Below, piece by piece: positions 1 to 12,575 of a stretch of 64,000 nt of DNA. The notes below the pieces were generated by a model. The model was not told the DNA's origin, did no database searches, and worked only from the letters and a program-made list of their open reading frames with translations. The position numbers and the translations under genes were made by a program. The stretch covers positions 21,638,001-21,702,000 of the forward strand of contig CATNEN010000001.1 in assembly GCA_950097015.1 (NCBI GenBank). The letters run 5' to 3'. The DNA comes from Macrostomum hystrix. Its lineage: Eukaryota; Animalia; Platyhelminthes. Within the stretch, counting starts at the first letter, position 1, and each line of letters opens with the position of its first letter.

Positions 1-178
1 GGGGGTAGACTATGACTGCTCAGACACACAAACACCTGAAGCATCAAGGGGTAGACTATGACTGCTCAGACATACAAACACCTGAAGCATCAGGGGGTAG
101 ACTATGACTGCTCAGACACACAAACACCTGAAGCATCAGGGGGTAGACTATGACTGCTCAGACATACAAACACCTGAA
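1..178. repeat. 46-bp tandem repeat (truncated by window edge)
   Basis: ggggtagactatgactgctcagaca(c/t)acaaacacctgaagcatca, ~4 copies. Confidence 0.95.
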
Positions 179-1859
179 GGGTCGCCTTATAGCATCATAC
201 TGAGCAATGTTGTTTGTCCTTGTCACCAGGATATTCGACAAGAATCACTGAATGTCTCGACGATGCTGACGTTTGACGGCTTTGAAATTTCGTTCATGGC
301 AATGGATGGAAAATTGATCCATAGGGTAGACTTTCACGAAAACCGGTCAATTCGGTTTCAGGAGATGTCATAAATTAGGCAGTTATGCATTTACTACTTA
401 ATACTTAAAATTGCATGGTCTATCTACTGTTAAGGCCTCTGAAAAGGTTTTTCATCAAAACGACTTTGTAAATCAATAGTTTGTACTGCCATGTAACACA
501 CACACACACTAAATCACATACTCTGAATGGGATAAAATATATTAATCATGGACAATAGCTATGAATTGTATGCGTACGATTGTTGGCTAAACTAATGCTT
601 TAGGCAAACCCCTGGTATTAAAATATTAAGCTAAGAAAATTCCACTATATAGATGTTTCATTCTGTTGAATAACGTCAAAATACTTTCAGACAGATTCCA
701 GGCCCGAACAAATCGATAAGCAATTGCTGCAGGCAAGCAGACACCCAGATACAGACAGAAATCTGATCTAGCTTCACTCGGAGAGTATAAATAAACAAAA
801 GCACTGCAGATATCGGGCCTAGCAACAAGTTTTTTTAACAAAATTCTAATATCTTGATTCAAGCTTTTATCGATGCAATTTCTGGATGTTTGCATGCATA
901 CATTGACTGTTGAATTTTAACTAGTAGGAGTATTTCCCATGGAGACAATTGATAAGGGAGAATGTCATTAGGAAAATAAGCAACCCAAGATGAATAGGGT
1001 TGGAATTAATCCGGAAACCCATCTTTGATTTCGTGCAGGCTGATGTTTAATAGCCTCTTTATCCTTGTACTGCATGCGTCCAGTCGGCTATGGGGTAGAA
1101 AATTAGGTGAGTTCGGCGGCCTCCACAGTCCATGGACTGAATTCAGCTGTACAACCGCCTAGCTCTCACAACTTCGCAACCAAACTTCGGTTTCGATTCG
1201 GCGTAGCGCTAATCCTCGCGAATGTCCAGGCTGTTGTCAAACTTGTATTCCCATTATTATTTTCCTCCAGCTGTGTCCACATGTCGCTTACATAACGGTG
1301 AAATCTTTTCTCCCTGATTTTTTTTCGATAAACCGAATGCGATCATCAGCGGGCATCTGGACCGGGGAGATGAGCTCCGGGGTCCCTCGGGGAATTGTCA
1401 GGAGGTGAGGGGTGGGATATTCCAATTATTTTTATCCCCCGGTTGCGCCAGGGAGATTGCGCAATATAGGAAGGGGAGCGCCATTCATTTTGTGACCCCG
1501 TGTTGTTGTCTTTCTCTGCGGCTAAGCTATCGCTCATCAGTCTCTCGCATTCATCATCATACTTAAGCAGACTGGACACACCGGCGTAGCTGCCGCTTAT
1601 CGGCTCAGATATATGAAACGCGTCCCAGGCCTGGTGAATTATAATTATGGGAAGTGCCAATATGACTAGGAACTGCTGTTGTCTTTGTCTCGATCCTTTC
1701 TCTTATTTAATGAGCATCTAATATCGATTGGGTAAAAATGGACAAAGGAAAGTTTAATATGGATTATTGACAAGATTTTAAACAGTATCTTCACTATAAG
1801 GGATTCTTGCTATGCGTGTTATTAATTAGTGTCAGATTATCTATGGTATTTATTTATTG

Positions 1860-2137
1860 TTGGACTGTCTATGTTATTTACTAAGTTTGGAACTGTCAAT
1901 GGTACTTTTTAAGCGAGGAACTGTCTATGGTACTTATTCATTGTGGAACTGTCTATGGTACTTATTCAGTGTGGAACTGTCTATGGTTTTAAGCGATGAA
2001 CTGTCTATGGTACTTTTTAAGCGATGAACTGTCTATGGTACTTTTTAAGCGATGAACTGTCTATGGTACTTTTTAAGCGACGAACTGTCTATGGTACTTA
2101 TTCATTGTGGAACTGTCTATGGTACTTATTCAGTGTG
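1860..2137. repeat. Minisatellite, ~27-bp units with gaactgtctatggtact core
   Basis: Two unit variants (..tattcattgtg / ..ttttaagcgat) and a degenerate left flank. Confidence 0.9.
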
Positions 2138-2810
2138 ATCATTTGGTAATTACCAAAGCAGTACTTTTCAGAGCAGCACTTTGCTATGGGAAAATTTTCT
2201 AGAATGTAACCATTTCGTTAATTATCATAAGTGGAAACTTTGATGACATCCAAAATCTCGTGCTGCCGCGATAAAAAAAATTAAAAAACTTAAAATAGAA
2301 AATGGTTGCGTGATGATGACATGAATCTGAAAATCTTTCCATGAAAAAAACTAACTTTGCCCCGTGGCGTTCCCCCTCATGCTGTTAGCAGCTCATCAGC
2401 CCTCCTGCTAATGGTGTGCCTGCATCGCGTTTAATTATGCCCCCGACTGCGACTAGATGGCGCACTTTTGGCGTGACACCAGCAAACTATTTGACAGCTT
2501 ATGGCTTCAGTGCTTTCTAACTTTTTCATACCTTTATCAAGTGGGCTACGGGCGGATAGGCTTGATAATTAACAGTTCAAAAAATGGATCCTCTCTCTTA
2601 GCTTGGACTGAAATTTTAGTTTAACTTCAATCGACGTCCAAAAACAGTAGGCATCCTTAAATTGTTGGAAAAAAACAACAGCTTCTTCATCTAACACTCG
2701 TTAATTTCAAGAATCTTCCGTTAAATTCGGCATTTTACAACGCAAAATCTTCTGTAAAACTTTGGTAAAAATGTAAATAACTGGAAACTTTAAATACCGC
2801 CTGTTACCTT

Positions 2811-3322
2811 CAGATCTCCCCTATCAGATCTCCCTCATAGATCTCCCATTTTAGATCTCTTCTCGCAGATCTCCCCTATCAGATCTCCCTCATCGATCTC
2901 TCCTCTCAGATCTCCCCTCATAGATCTCCCCTTTTAAATCTCCCTTTTCATACCTCTCCTCTCAGAACTCTCCTCTCAGAACTCTCCTCTCAGATCTCTC
3001 CTCTCAGATCTCTCCTCTCAGAACTCTCCTCTCAGATCTCTCCTCTCAGATCTCTCCTCTCAGAACTCTCCTCTCAGATCTCTCCTCTCAGAACTCTCCT
3101 CTCAGAAGTCTTCTCTCAGATTTCTCCTCTCAGAACTCTCCTCTCAGATCTCTCCTCTCAGATCTCTCCTCTCAGAACTCTCCTCTCAGATCTCTCCTCT
3201 CAGATTTCTCCTCTCAGAACTCTCCTCTCAGATCTCTCCTCTGAGAACTCTCTTCTCAAATCTACCCTATCAGATCTCCCCTCTAAGATCTCTCTTCTCA
3301 GATCTCTCCTCTCAGATCTCTC
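2811..3322 (-). repeat. 14-bp minisatellite (agatctctcctctc)n
   Basis: Direct reading; reverse complement of the array at 5367-6170. Confidence 0.95.
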
Positions 3323-4291
3323 TTTATCGAGGACTTCAGGGAGCATCGCTAACTTTATGAGGTAGCCGATAACTTTTTCAGACAACTACCGTTAATTTCT
3401 GATAACTTTTGATAACCTCAGAAAGCTTCTGTTAACATAGTAACGTTTCTGTCAACAATTGAACATTTACGTTAGCTAATTACCTTTTGCGTTAACTCAA
3501 GAACGTTTTCGTTAAATAATGAAAGTTTCCGTTAACTAAGAATGTTTTCGAATACTTCCGTTTCTTCCGTTTGCTTCCGCTAATTCCAAACAATCATAAT
3601 TTAATAGTTTCAGAAAACAGGGACTCCTACAAAACATCGTCGTATATTAAATTGTTAGTAAAAATATAATTAACGCAATTGACGCAAATTTTCCCCGTCT
3701 TCTCAAACTTTAGACAGAACAAGAATGCTTATCCATAAGTGCACTGAGTTGCCTGGTGGGCCCTACCTTGTACACCAATACCCGACCAGTCCCTGTTTCT
3801 TCTCCAACCAAAAGACAAAAAAGATGTATTCTTTCAGTGTGGCTGTTTTGTCTATTATTGCGTGACAGCCCAGGAATGCCTTGCGAGTCCCCCCGCTTCT
3901 AGAATTTGCTTTTTGTAGGCTTCCTGCATTGTTTCCTACATTTGTTTCTTGGAAAGTATTCGCGCAACAGGCGGCCCCCCACCTAAACAGCTCGGCACGT
4001 GCACTCTTTTAAGAGGCGCCTGAGCTACTTAGTCACGACAGCAACCAGTCATGATTGCCTTACTCGCCATTGTCAATCATTTTGCAGTTTTTTTTCCTGC
4101 AAGTCTAACAGAGTCTTTTGTTGCAATAAAAAAACTTTTGTCAGCGAAAGCAGCGACTTGAGTAGCAACAGGTTAGAAAGTGCATGACAAAAACTGTTTG
4201 GCTCTAAAAAAGCTGCGGGTGAAAGAACTTCAGAATGCTTCCATTATGTAAAGAGAGCTTCCATTAGCTTAAAATACCTTCCTTTACTTCC

Positions 4292-4880
4292 TAAAGCTTC
4301 CGCAAACTGCAGAAAGCTTCCGTTAACTGCAGAAAGCTTCCGTTAACTGCAGAAAGCTTCCGTTAACTGCAGAAAGCTTCCGTTAACTGCAGAAAGCTTC
4401 CGTTAACTGCAGAAAGCTTCCGTTAACTGCAGAAAGCTTCCGTTAACTGCAGAAAGCTTCCGTTAACTGCAGAAAGCTTCCGTTAACTGCAGAAAGCTTC
4501 CGTTAACTGCAGAAAGCTTCCGTTAACTGCAGAAAGCTTCCGTTAACTGCAGAAAGCTTCCGTTAACTGCAGAAAGCTTCCGTTAACTGCAGAAAGCTTC
4601 CGTTAACTGCAGAAAGCTTCCGTTAACTGCAGAAAGCTTCCGTTAACTTTAGAAATCTTTGACTAACTAGTTTAATTTAGAAAGTTTTTATTAAGTTTAT
4701 AAGGCGTAAGTAAACTTTACAAAGCTACCGTTAAATCCCGAAAGCTTCCGATAACTTTAGATAGCTCTCGTTAATTTTGATTGCTCTCGTTAACTTTGTT
4801 GCTCTCGTTAACTTTGGATAGCTCTCGTTAACTTTAGATTGCTCTCGTTAACTTTAGATAGCGTCCGTTAAGTTCAAAAC
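4292..4880. repeat. 20-bp minisatellite (cgttaactgcagaaagcttc)n with degenerate flanks
   Basis: ~16 perfect units at 4310-4647; decayed gttaac-containing units to ~4880 and at ~3370-3560. Confidence 0.95.
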
Positions 4881-5366
4881 GCTTCGTTAGGCGGAAAGTT
4901 TGTTAAAATTCTTTTACATCTGTTAAATCCGTTGAGTTTCATTTAACTTTAGAAAACAACAAGAGGGTTTAAAATTCTGCAAGCCTTGAATATGTAGGTC
5001 AAACCGAATTTGTTGTGCAATGGCTTGGATAGTACACGAAAAAAGGTTTAGCTCTAAACGAAGCTACAGGTGAGCGCTTAAGCAAAAATGAAGTTCAGCT
5101 TTTAGAGCTGAAAGTGAGTCCAGGTTAATGAGCTACTTGGCCTCCTTGACCTAAGAGTTCACTTTTTTTTTCAAACCAATCAAACACTTTCAGCCTGCAG
5201 AAGTTCACATGGGAATCGATTTGGTTCTCGCTGTTGGATTAATTGGCCACCTTACTGCCCAAAGTCCTTCAGAATGCGAGAGTTAAAATTTTATGGCGCA
5301 AGGAGAAAATTATGCTTTTAGTTGACTGTGGAAGACCGAAGTTGACTAAGGTTGACTGCAGATCCT

Positions 5367-6170
5367 TGAGGGGAGATTGTAGAGTAAGATCTGAGAGGGG
5401 AGATCTCACAGGGGAAATCTGAGAAGGGGAAATTTGAGAATCGCGATCGATGAGGGGTAGATCCGAGAGGTTAGATCCGAGTGGAGAGATCTGAGTGGAG
5501 AGATCTGAGAGGAGAGATCTGAGAGGAGAGATCTGAGAGGGGAGATCTAAGAGGAGAGATCTGAGTGGAGAGATCTAAGAGGTGAGATCTAAGAGGAGAG
5601 ATCTGAGAGGAGAGATCTGAGAGGGTAGATCTGAGAGGGGAGATCTGAGAGGAGAGATCTGAGTGGAGAGATCTGAGAGGAGAGATCTGAGATGGTAGAT
5701 CTGAGAGGGGAGATCTAAGAGAAGAGATCTGAGAGGAGAGATCTAAGAGGGGAGATCTAAGAGGAGAGATCTGAGAGGAGAGATCTGAGAGGGGAGATCT
5801 AAGAGGAGAGATCTGAGAGGAGAGATCTGAGAGGGTAGATCTGAGAGGGGAGATCTAAGAGAAGAGATCTGAGAGGAGAGATCTAAGAGGGGAGATCTAA
5901 GAGGAGAGATCTGAGAGGAGAGATCTGAGAGGGGAGATCTAAGAGGAGAGATCTGAGAGGAGAGATCTGAGAGGGGAGATCTGAGAGGAGAGATCTTAGA
6001 GGGTAGATCTGAGAGGGGAGATCTATGATGGGAGATCTGAGAGGAGAGATCTGAGAGGGGAGATCTGAGAGGGGAGATCTGAGAGGGGAGATCTGAGAGG
6101 GGAGATCTGAGAGGGGAGATCTGAGAGGGGAGATCTGAGAGGGGAGATCTGAGAGGGGAGATCTGAGCGG
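5367..6170 (+). repeat. 14-bp minisatellite (gagaggagagatct)n
   Basis: Direct reading; the SPLRSPL ORFs here are repeat artefacts. Confidence 0.95.
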
Positions 6171-6744
6171 GAAGGAGAGGGCAAATGCGAAAGTGTCTCT
6201 GAAAATTCAAACTCAGGCATCCCTTAAGCGAGAGGTAAAAGCTTGTGGGAGTTTATGTTCAGGGACAAATATCCCTTCTTTGTGCGCAGCCGCTCACGCG
6301 CATTAGCACAGGCCATTGGTCTCAATATTTCCTGGAGTAAAAAAATACTGTAATTAAAAGTTGAGCAAGCTGACACACACAAAGACATGTCAGTCTTTGT
6401 TTTCTCCTTCATACCAAATCGAACAGAAATCCCACAGGCCTATAGCTATGCCGTGTAGCCAATCTATAAAGTAACTGTGCTCATAACTCAGAGAAATTCG
6501 CCTCCACTTGGATAGGCACCATCTGTTTCAAAATCTCATTCCTTAGTTTGAGTTGGGTCACGTTTTTGAGCAATCCTAACATCATGCTGAGAACAAGCTG
6601 TGCGAGTTTCAGCTCCTTGATTTATGACTGCTTTGATGTCAGGTGGGGTGGCTGGGCCCTGAGCATTGGATCCCTGATGAGACTATGAAAGACATCGACC
6701 TCCTTCTGTCAACTCTTGATTGGTATTGATAAAATTATAATTGT

Positions 6745-6930
6745 AAGAGAGGTAGATATAGAGTTAGAGAGATGCAGAGAGAGGTAGAGGGATGCAGAGA
6801 GAGGTAGAGAGAGGTAGAGGGATATAAGCAGAGGTAGAGGTAGAGAGAGGTAGAGGGATGCAGAGAGAGGTAGAGAGAGGTAGAGAGAGGTAGAGAGAGG
6901 TAGAGAGATGCAGTGAGAGGTAGGGAGAGG
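6745..6930. repeat. AG-rich low-complexity repeat (gagagaggta)
   Basis: Direct reading. Confidence 0.8.
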
Positions 6931-8119
6931 TATGGTGATAATCAAAAATTCTCCAAAAATGAGAATTTCAGAGAGATGACAAAGAGAGTTGGTGTGACAG
7001 AGCATGATGAGTAGAATAGAAAAGTTTCGAGCACATTCTTCTGAACTGAAGCTGGAAGCGAAAGATCGCGACAAACTGTCTCCTGGCTCCCCATTAGGAA
7101 GTATTCCTCATTGTTAGCCATTCTCCGACTTCTAAAAACTTTTAGTTTCGCAAATAAAAAAGTAAGAAACTTGATTTAGCAGTTCAATAAATCTGCATAG
7201 AGAAATAACAAGTTTGAATTCGCGCGCAAATTCAAACAAATATTTTCACAATGCGACGGCATGTTTTTTATTTAACAAAGCATCTATTTTAACAAGGACA
7301 AATTATAAAGTTCTATTGTAGCATTCTGTATGTACAAAGGATATGGTTCTCTAGCAGATTCGCATAAAATGAGAACAGACAATAGAATTCAACAAAGGTT
7401 ATATTTGCCCGCTTAAACTCTAATCTCACTTCAATCGAATGAGAAAGCTATAAGCTTAATCCGTCTTTTAATCCCGACATTAAACCAGATTATCTTTTGT
7501 CCCGTTGTGAATTATCGATCGCAAAATTAATAAAATTTGTGTTATTTAGCGCAACAAAAATTAGAAAGTTCTTTGTCCTGACTTATTTGTCACCTCGGCT
7601 CCGAAATTTACGATTTTACCATACATTCAATTAAGCTTTGTTCTGTCTGACTGTCTGTCTGACTTTCCCACCGATTTGCTTGAATTTACACCGATTAAAA
7701 GCTTAATAACACAGTGACTCACCGCCAAACTCGCTCATTGCTCTGCAAGGCCTGCAACGTTGTTTTTTGAGAAAATTTAGCTTCTCTCGGATCAGAGGCT
7801 CGTTAGTTGAGTCAGCCTCAAGGTTCTCACTCTCGCTCTCACTCTCCGGTCTCCGGACAACCCCATCCAAACTCAAACTGAAGGACTTCATTGAGAAGGC
7901 CGGGGCATGGTTGAAGACAATGCGTTTGTCTAGTCTAAAAGACTGGTAGTCTCAATTTTCCAAACTGACTGAGCTTACTAAATCAGTGAATTAAAAAAAA
8001 TAAATGGATTGCTAGTCCAATCATTGCCTAATTGCTCTGCATGCGGGGCGTCTTAATTGCAGGAATGAAGGGGCTGAAAGACAGGTGATTGGAGCGGATT
8101 CTAGGAGCAGACAAGGGCT

Positions 8120-8392
8120 GATAGGGGGCGGATGCAGGGAGAGGATTGGAGGATGATAGGGGGCGGATGCGGGGAGAGGATTGGAGGATGATAGGGGGCG
8201 GATGCAGGGAGAGGATTGGAGGATGATTGGGGGCGGATGCAGGGAGAGGATTGGAGGATGATTGGGGGGCGGATGCAGGGAGAGGATTGGAGGATGATAG
8301 GGGGCGGATGCAGGGAGAGGATTGGAGGATGATTGGGGGGCGGATGCAGGGAGAGTATTGGAGGCTGATATGGGGTGGATGCAGGTGGAGGA
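8120..8392. repeat. 35-bp G-rich minisatellite
   Basis: tagggggcggatgcagggagaggattggaggatga, ~7.5 copies. Confidence 0.9.
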
Positions 8393-8695
8393 TCGAAGTT
8401 TAATCAGCAGCGGATTCAGCTAATTGAATCAGAGGTAATTCTAAAAAATGAGTATGTAATATGTTTCTCAATTTGTACCTTATCAAATCGGCAGCACTTG
8501 TTCCAGTTCTCAAACAAGTTACTGGATTAATTGCATTGGCACCCAGGAATTTTCAGCATTCAAGATTCATATGCGATTTCAATACAGATAAAAATATCGG
8601 CAGGGAAAGGTGATTCATGAAGGCGGAGGAGCTCATTTTGAAGTCATGTGGTTGCAGTCAGCGATTTGTGGGCTTCAAAAAAACAAAATTTTGAA

Positions 8696-9973
8696 CTATA
8701 CAGTCAAACCTGCTCGCCACAGGAGTAGCAGAATGGGAGCCATTGCTAGCAGCCTGCTCACGGAGCCAAACCTACGCGCCCCGCTGCCCTCCGCCTCAGT
8801 TCCTCGCACTCGAATCGGGGATTCGAACCAACCACCAGAGGCGGCGTTGGAAGAAGACGCCGGTCGACGTTGCTTTGGCAGCGTGGCCGACTCGTCGAAG
8901 GCGGCGTCGGCGCAGGCGTCGGCGCACGGCTCGAGCTGGTCGGGCCGGCAGTGCGGGCTGCAGCCGTGCAGCAGGCTGCTCTCGAAGGTGACGAAGCGGG
9001 GTGCGAAGCCGTACAGCCGCAGCCAGTCGTGCCGGCTGGCGAAACTCGCCGTCTGGCAGCTGCACGGGAAGAAGGTCTCGGTGAGGTTCAGCCCACGGAG
9101 GCTCCTGGCCTGCCCGATAGCGCACAGGTCCAGCTGGCGGAGGATGTTCCTTCGCAGGTAGAGCGCCACGAGTCCTCCACCGCCGTCTTGGACTCCGGAC
9201 GGCAGGCCGAACGCGGACGAGGGAGCGTCCGACGGTGACGTCGTCAGGCCACAGAACGCTCGCCGCTGAATGACCAGATTAGACTGCAGTGCCCCGAGGT
9301 CCAGAATGATCAGCTTGCGCAGCCCGTAGAAGGCATTGTCCGGCACCACGGAGATGTTGTTGAACTGCAGGTAGAGATTCATCAGGTTGGTCAGCTGGCG
9401 AATCCCTGGCGGCACCTCCGAGATGAGGTTGTGGCTGAGGTAGAGCTTGGTTATGAAGGCCGAATGCCGGAACGCGCCAGGAGCGATTGTCTTGATGAGG
9501 TTATTGTGCAGGACCAGCTCCCTGAGGGAGGGCAGATCTCGCAGGTCCTCATTGCCCAGACTGGACAGCAAATTGTGCGACAAGTTCAGCGACTCAACGC
9601 CGATGAGGCCTTGGAAGGCGCCGGGCAGAATGTCGCGAACCAGTGAGCTGCTGACTTCAACTCGCCTGACGTTGAGCACGCCCCAGTCGAACTGCAGGGT
9701 CAGGTGAGTCATGGCCTGGCCGCGTATTCGCAGCTCGTGAAAATTGTAGGACCACCTGACCTCGCGGTTGTTCGGCGCAAAGTAGGGAACCCGGTCCAGG
9801 TAGTGCAGCTGCTCTGACTCGCGCTGCACGCACTTAATGCGCAGGTCAGTACACTGGCAGGGCGCCTGAGCAGGGCAGGGCGGCTTGGAGGCGGCCCGCA
9901 GTGCCAGCAGCAGACTGCAGACGGTCAGACCGACGAGCTGCCTCAGCAAGCAGTTCGTCTGCGTGGCGGGCAT
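8696..9973 (-). CDS. Extracellular leucine-rich-repeat protein with signal peptide and likely GPI anchor or C-terminal membrane tail (single exon, 425 aa)
   Basis: Hydrophobic N-terminus; LRRNT (CPAQAPCQCTDLRIKC); LxxLxLxxNxL repeats (LNLSHNLL, LVLHNNLI, LYLSHNLI, LYLQFNNI); LRRCT-like FPCSC; hydrophobic C-terminus LLAMAPILLLLW. Confidence 0.9.
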   Translation of the reverse strand: MPATQTNCLLRQLVGLTVCSLLLALRAASKPPCPAQAPCQCTDLRIKCVQRESEQLHYLDRVPYFAPNNREVRWSYNFHELRIRGQAMTHLTLQFDWGVLNVRRVEVSSSLVRDILPGAFQGLIGVESLNLSHNLLSSLGNEDLRDLPSLRELVLHNNLIKTIAPGAFRHSAFITKLYLSHNLISEVPPGIRQLTNLMNLYLQFNNISVVPDNAFYGLRKLIILDLGALQSNLVIQRRAFCGLTTSPSDAPSSAFGLPSGVQDGGGGLVALYLRRNILRQLDLCAIGQARSLRGLNLTETFFPCSCQTASFASRHDWLRLYGFAPRFVTFESSLLHGCSPHCRPDQLEPCADACADAAFDESATLPKQRRPASSSNAASGGWFESPIRVRGTEAEGSGARRFGSVSRLLAMAPILLLLWRAGLTV

Positions 9974-12158
9974 GACTTTTTTGTGGGTGCTGTGTCTCGT
10001 GTCTGTTCAGATGAGCTAGTTCTGGGAGTGCATCGATGAAGGCATGTCAAAACGGTCCTGCAGGGACGATTTTTTGCGGCTGTGCGGCTTGGTCGGAGTC
10101 TGGGGCTGAGGCGAGGCGAGGCTGTCGATTCTCTTTAAAGCTCACCTCTGGGAGTCCCTTGACGGTTTAACTGGCTGGGCTAACAGCCAATGGGAAAGTC
10201 AGATCGACTGCCATTGGTCAGAGAGCCGAGAGGCGTCTTTACCGCTCACTCAGTGGGTGTTCATTGTGCGTTATGTGGGACAGGCAGTGGGCGACGGTAG
10301 ATAGAGGGTCCCACAATAATGATTATTATTAATGGCCTTATCAGAGGTTGCATCTGCGCCTGTTTGTCTATGCTGAGGCAGACAGCCAGCTGCTGATGAC
10401 GAAGATGACTGTGATTATGCTGATTATGGATTCGTCATCTGGGGGCGTTTCAGCGATTCCCACGGGATAAGGAGGGTTCGGACAGAGTCTTCTTAAACAG
10501 GGCTTGAGTTTTTTAGTGTTCCGAAAATCTGTAGATATCAGGAATAAGTGACTATTTACAAGCTAATTGGATAGGGATACAAAAACGGACACGGAGTTGG
10601 GAAGTCTTGGGCGAGGGCAGGCTGCGATTGATTTCCCATTGGATATGCGCAGACACAAGCAAATGTCAGCTTGAAAACGCAGAGCTGGGACAAGCCGAAA
10701 TTAAGTCAACAGAGCCAAGAAAGAGCAAAAAAATCTACGAAACCCGGGCTGCGACCAGAATCTGTGGCGACTCGCTCCCCCAGATACTAATAAATGCGCT
10801 TGTGCCAACAAAAGGCCTTCATTCTCAGACTTGTCAGAAGAAAAAAAACAATCGAGACAAAGGGCCGGTGATGAAGCATGAGACGGGTATAGTTGCTGAT
10901 CATGTTGGCAGGGTTCGCATAGAGGAATGAAAATAGCCCAAACTGGCGTGGTTTTGCCCTGAGAGAAAAATAAATGCCAAGTGGAGACAAGTGGGCCTCT
11001 TCAATGAGCTTCAGGCGGCTGCTCTTTAATTAAGACCTGAGCCTTTCTCAAGCTATCAGAGTCGAAAGAGCACAGAACTAAAAATGGAACTCAAGCGAGG
11101 CAACCCCATCTTTAGCCCCGCATGATCTGCCGCCCATCTGCGCACGCCTGGCATAACTTTGTTACCTGGCAAGCAGTTCTTATTTTTATAGTCGAAAGTC
11201 TTTGGATGACAACCCTTTGGAAAAAATCGAAACATCTTTAGTGTAAGTAAATAATTTGAAGGCCACAAAAGATAGGGCCACTTTTATGCTTTTAGGCCAC
11301 TGTCATCGATTGTATGTAGGTCTGTATCATAGTTTCTTAATATAGAGGCATTTTTACTTCAAATTAGTATTATCTCTTTTATCTCTTTAACGTTAAAATT
11401 TTTTTTCTTCAAAAACACCCTATAGCTACACATTTTCAGCCATAGACCAAATAATCCTTTAGGAAAAATCCCAAAAATGACAGGGACAAAGCACAGAATT
11501 GTTTTATTTTAAAAGCTCAGAAAAACACTGGTTGCTTTGCCTTTGTCTGCAACTTTCACAGATGGCACTGCAGGGCATATGCTTTTCCCACTGCAGGGAT
11601 TTCGCTTCACAAAAGTGCACCCTAATCTAAGAGAGACCTTGGAGACAAGACGTACGGGGCAAGTAATCCCAGGTTACTTCCCTGTTGAGGACCCCGTCTG
11701 ACCTAATTAGATCAAGGGTCCACACAACCAAGCATGGAAAGCCTGCCTTGGCCAGCCAGCAAAGTTTTTATGCCCCGAACTTCCGAAATTCGTCGTCAGC
11801 AATGTCTCTGTCTTCACGCATTCAACCCAGTTAGGATGAAATTGGAGACAGTCTGTCTGGTTCGCAGCTTTCACAGACTGGCTATGAAAAAGTAAGTATG
11901 CGTTTCTAGGTACCTGGGCCAGCTGATTGTATTTACATGTTGCTGCCCAGTTAGTCAATTTTTTTGTTCGGTTTTACCTTTCAGAAGTGCATTAGTCCAT
12001 CGGGACTCTTATTGCAGTATGGTCACTCTGGTAACATATGACCCAGCTTGGATTGGAACAACTGCATAAAGGGCACCCTGTTTAGTCACCTATTGTTAGC
12101 AAATGAAAGGGGAAATTCAACAACAAGAACAGCAACAATATGGTGACAGTTGGACCAA

Positions 12159-12205
12159 TGGAATCGGCTGACCCAGTGGCGATCAACAAATTAGTGAGTG
12201 GACTG
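12159..12205 (+). pseudogene. ~45-bp decayed copy of VWA gene exon 3
   Basis: gaatcggctgacccagtggcgatcaacaaattagtgagtgga vs gaatcggccgacccagtggcgatcaacacattcgtgagtgga at ~13589. Confidence 0.75.
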
Positions 12206-12575
12206 CATGTTTTCGCCTATCATTATTTGGCGGTAATTTTAGATAAAAACACTCGAAAATAGGTACTGAATTCCAGACCTGTTTTTCTTCATCTCCTTGA
12301 TATTACCTTTAAGAGACTGTGCTTTAATGGCTATATAAATCACCAATTACAAGTTTTGTTATAGCCAAGAATTGGCATAAACAAAAGTGGTAAAGTTTGG
12401 TACCTTTTTCAGCAAGCATTTAGAAAGTTCTTACAATCGAAGCAAAGTAATGCCTTGAATGTCACTAAAAACAAGTTAAAAATAGTCAAGCCAATAATTA
12501 TTTTAGACAATTGCTATCTGAAAATGTTAGTATATAAATTGAAAGAGAAAAATCGACCCCACAGTGCCCAGAGAA

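Noticed and set aside
4310-4647. Synthetic polylinker contamination (HpaI/PstI/HindIII sites)
   Set aside because: It grades into naturally diverged units on both sides.
6636-6700. Hammerhead-like ctgatga-gactat-gaaa with flanking gatgtc/gacatc
   Set aside because: No valid stem II, and the GAAA/UH pairing register does not fit.
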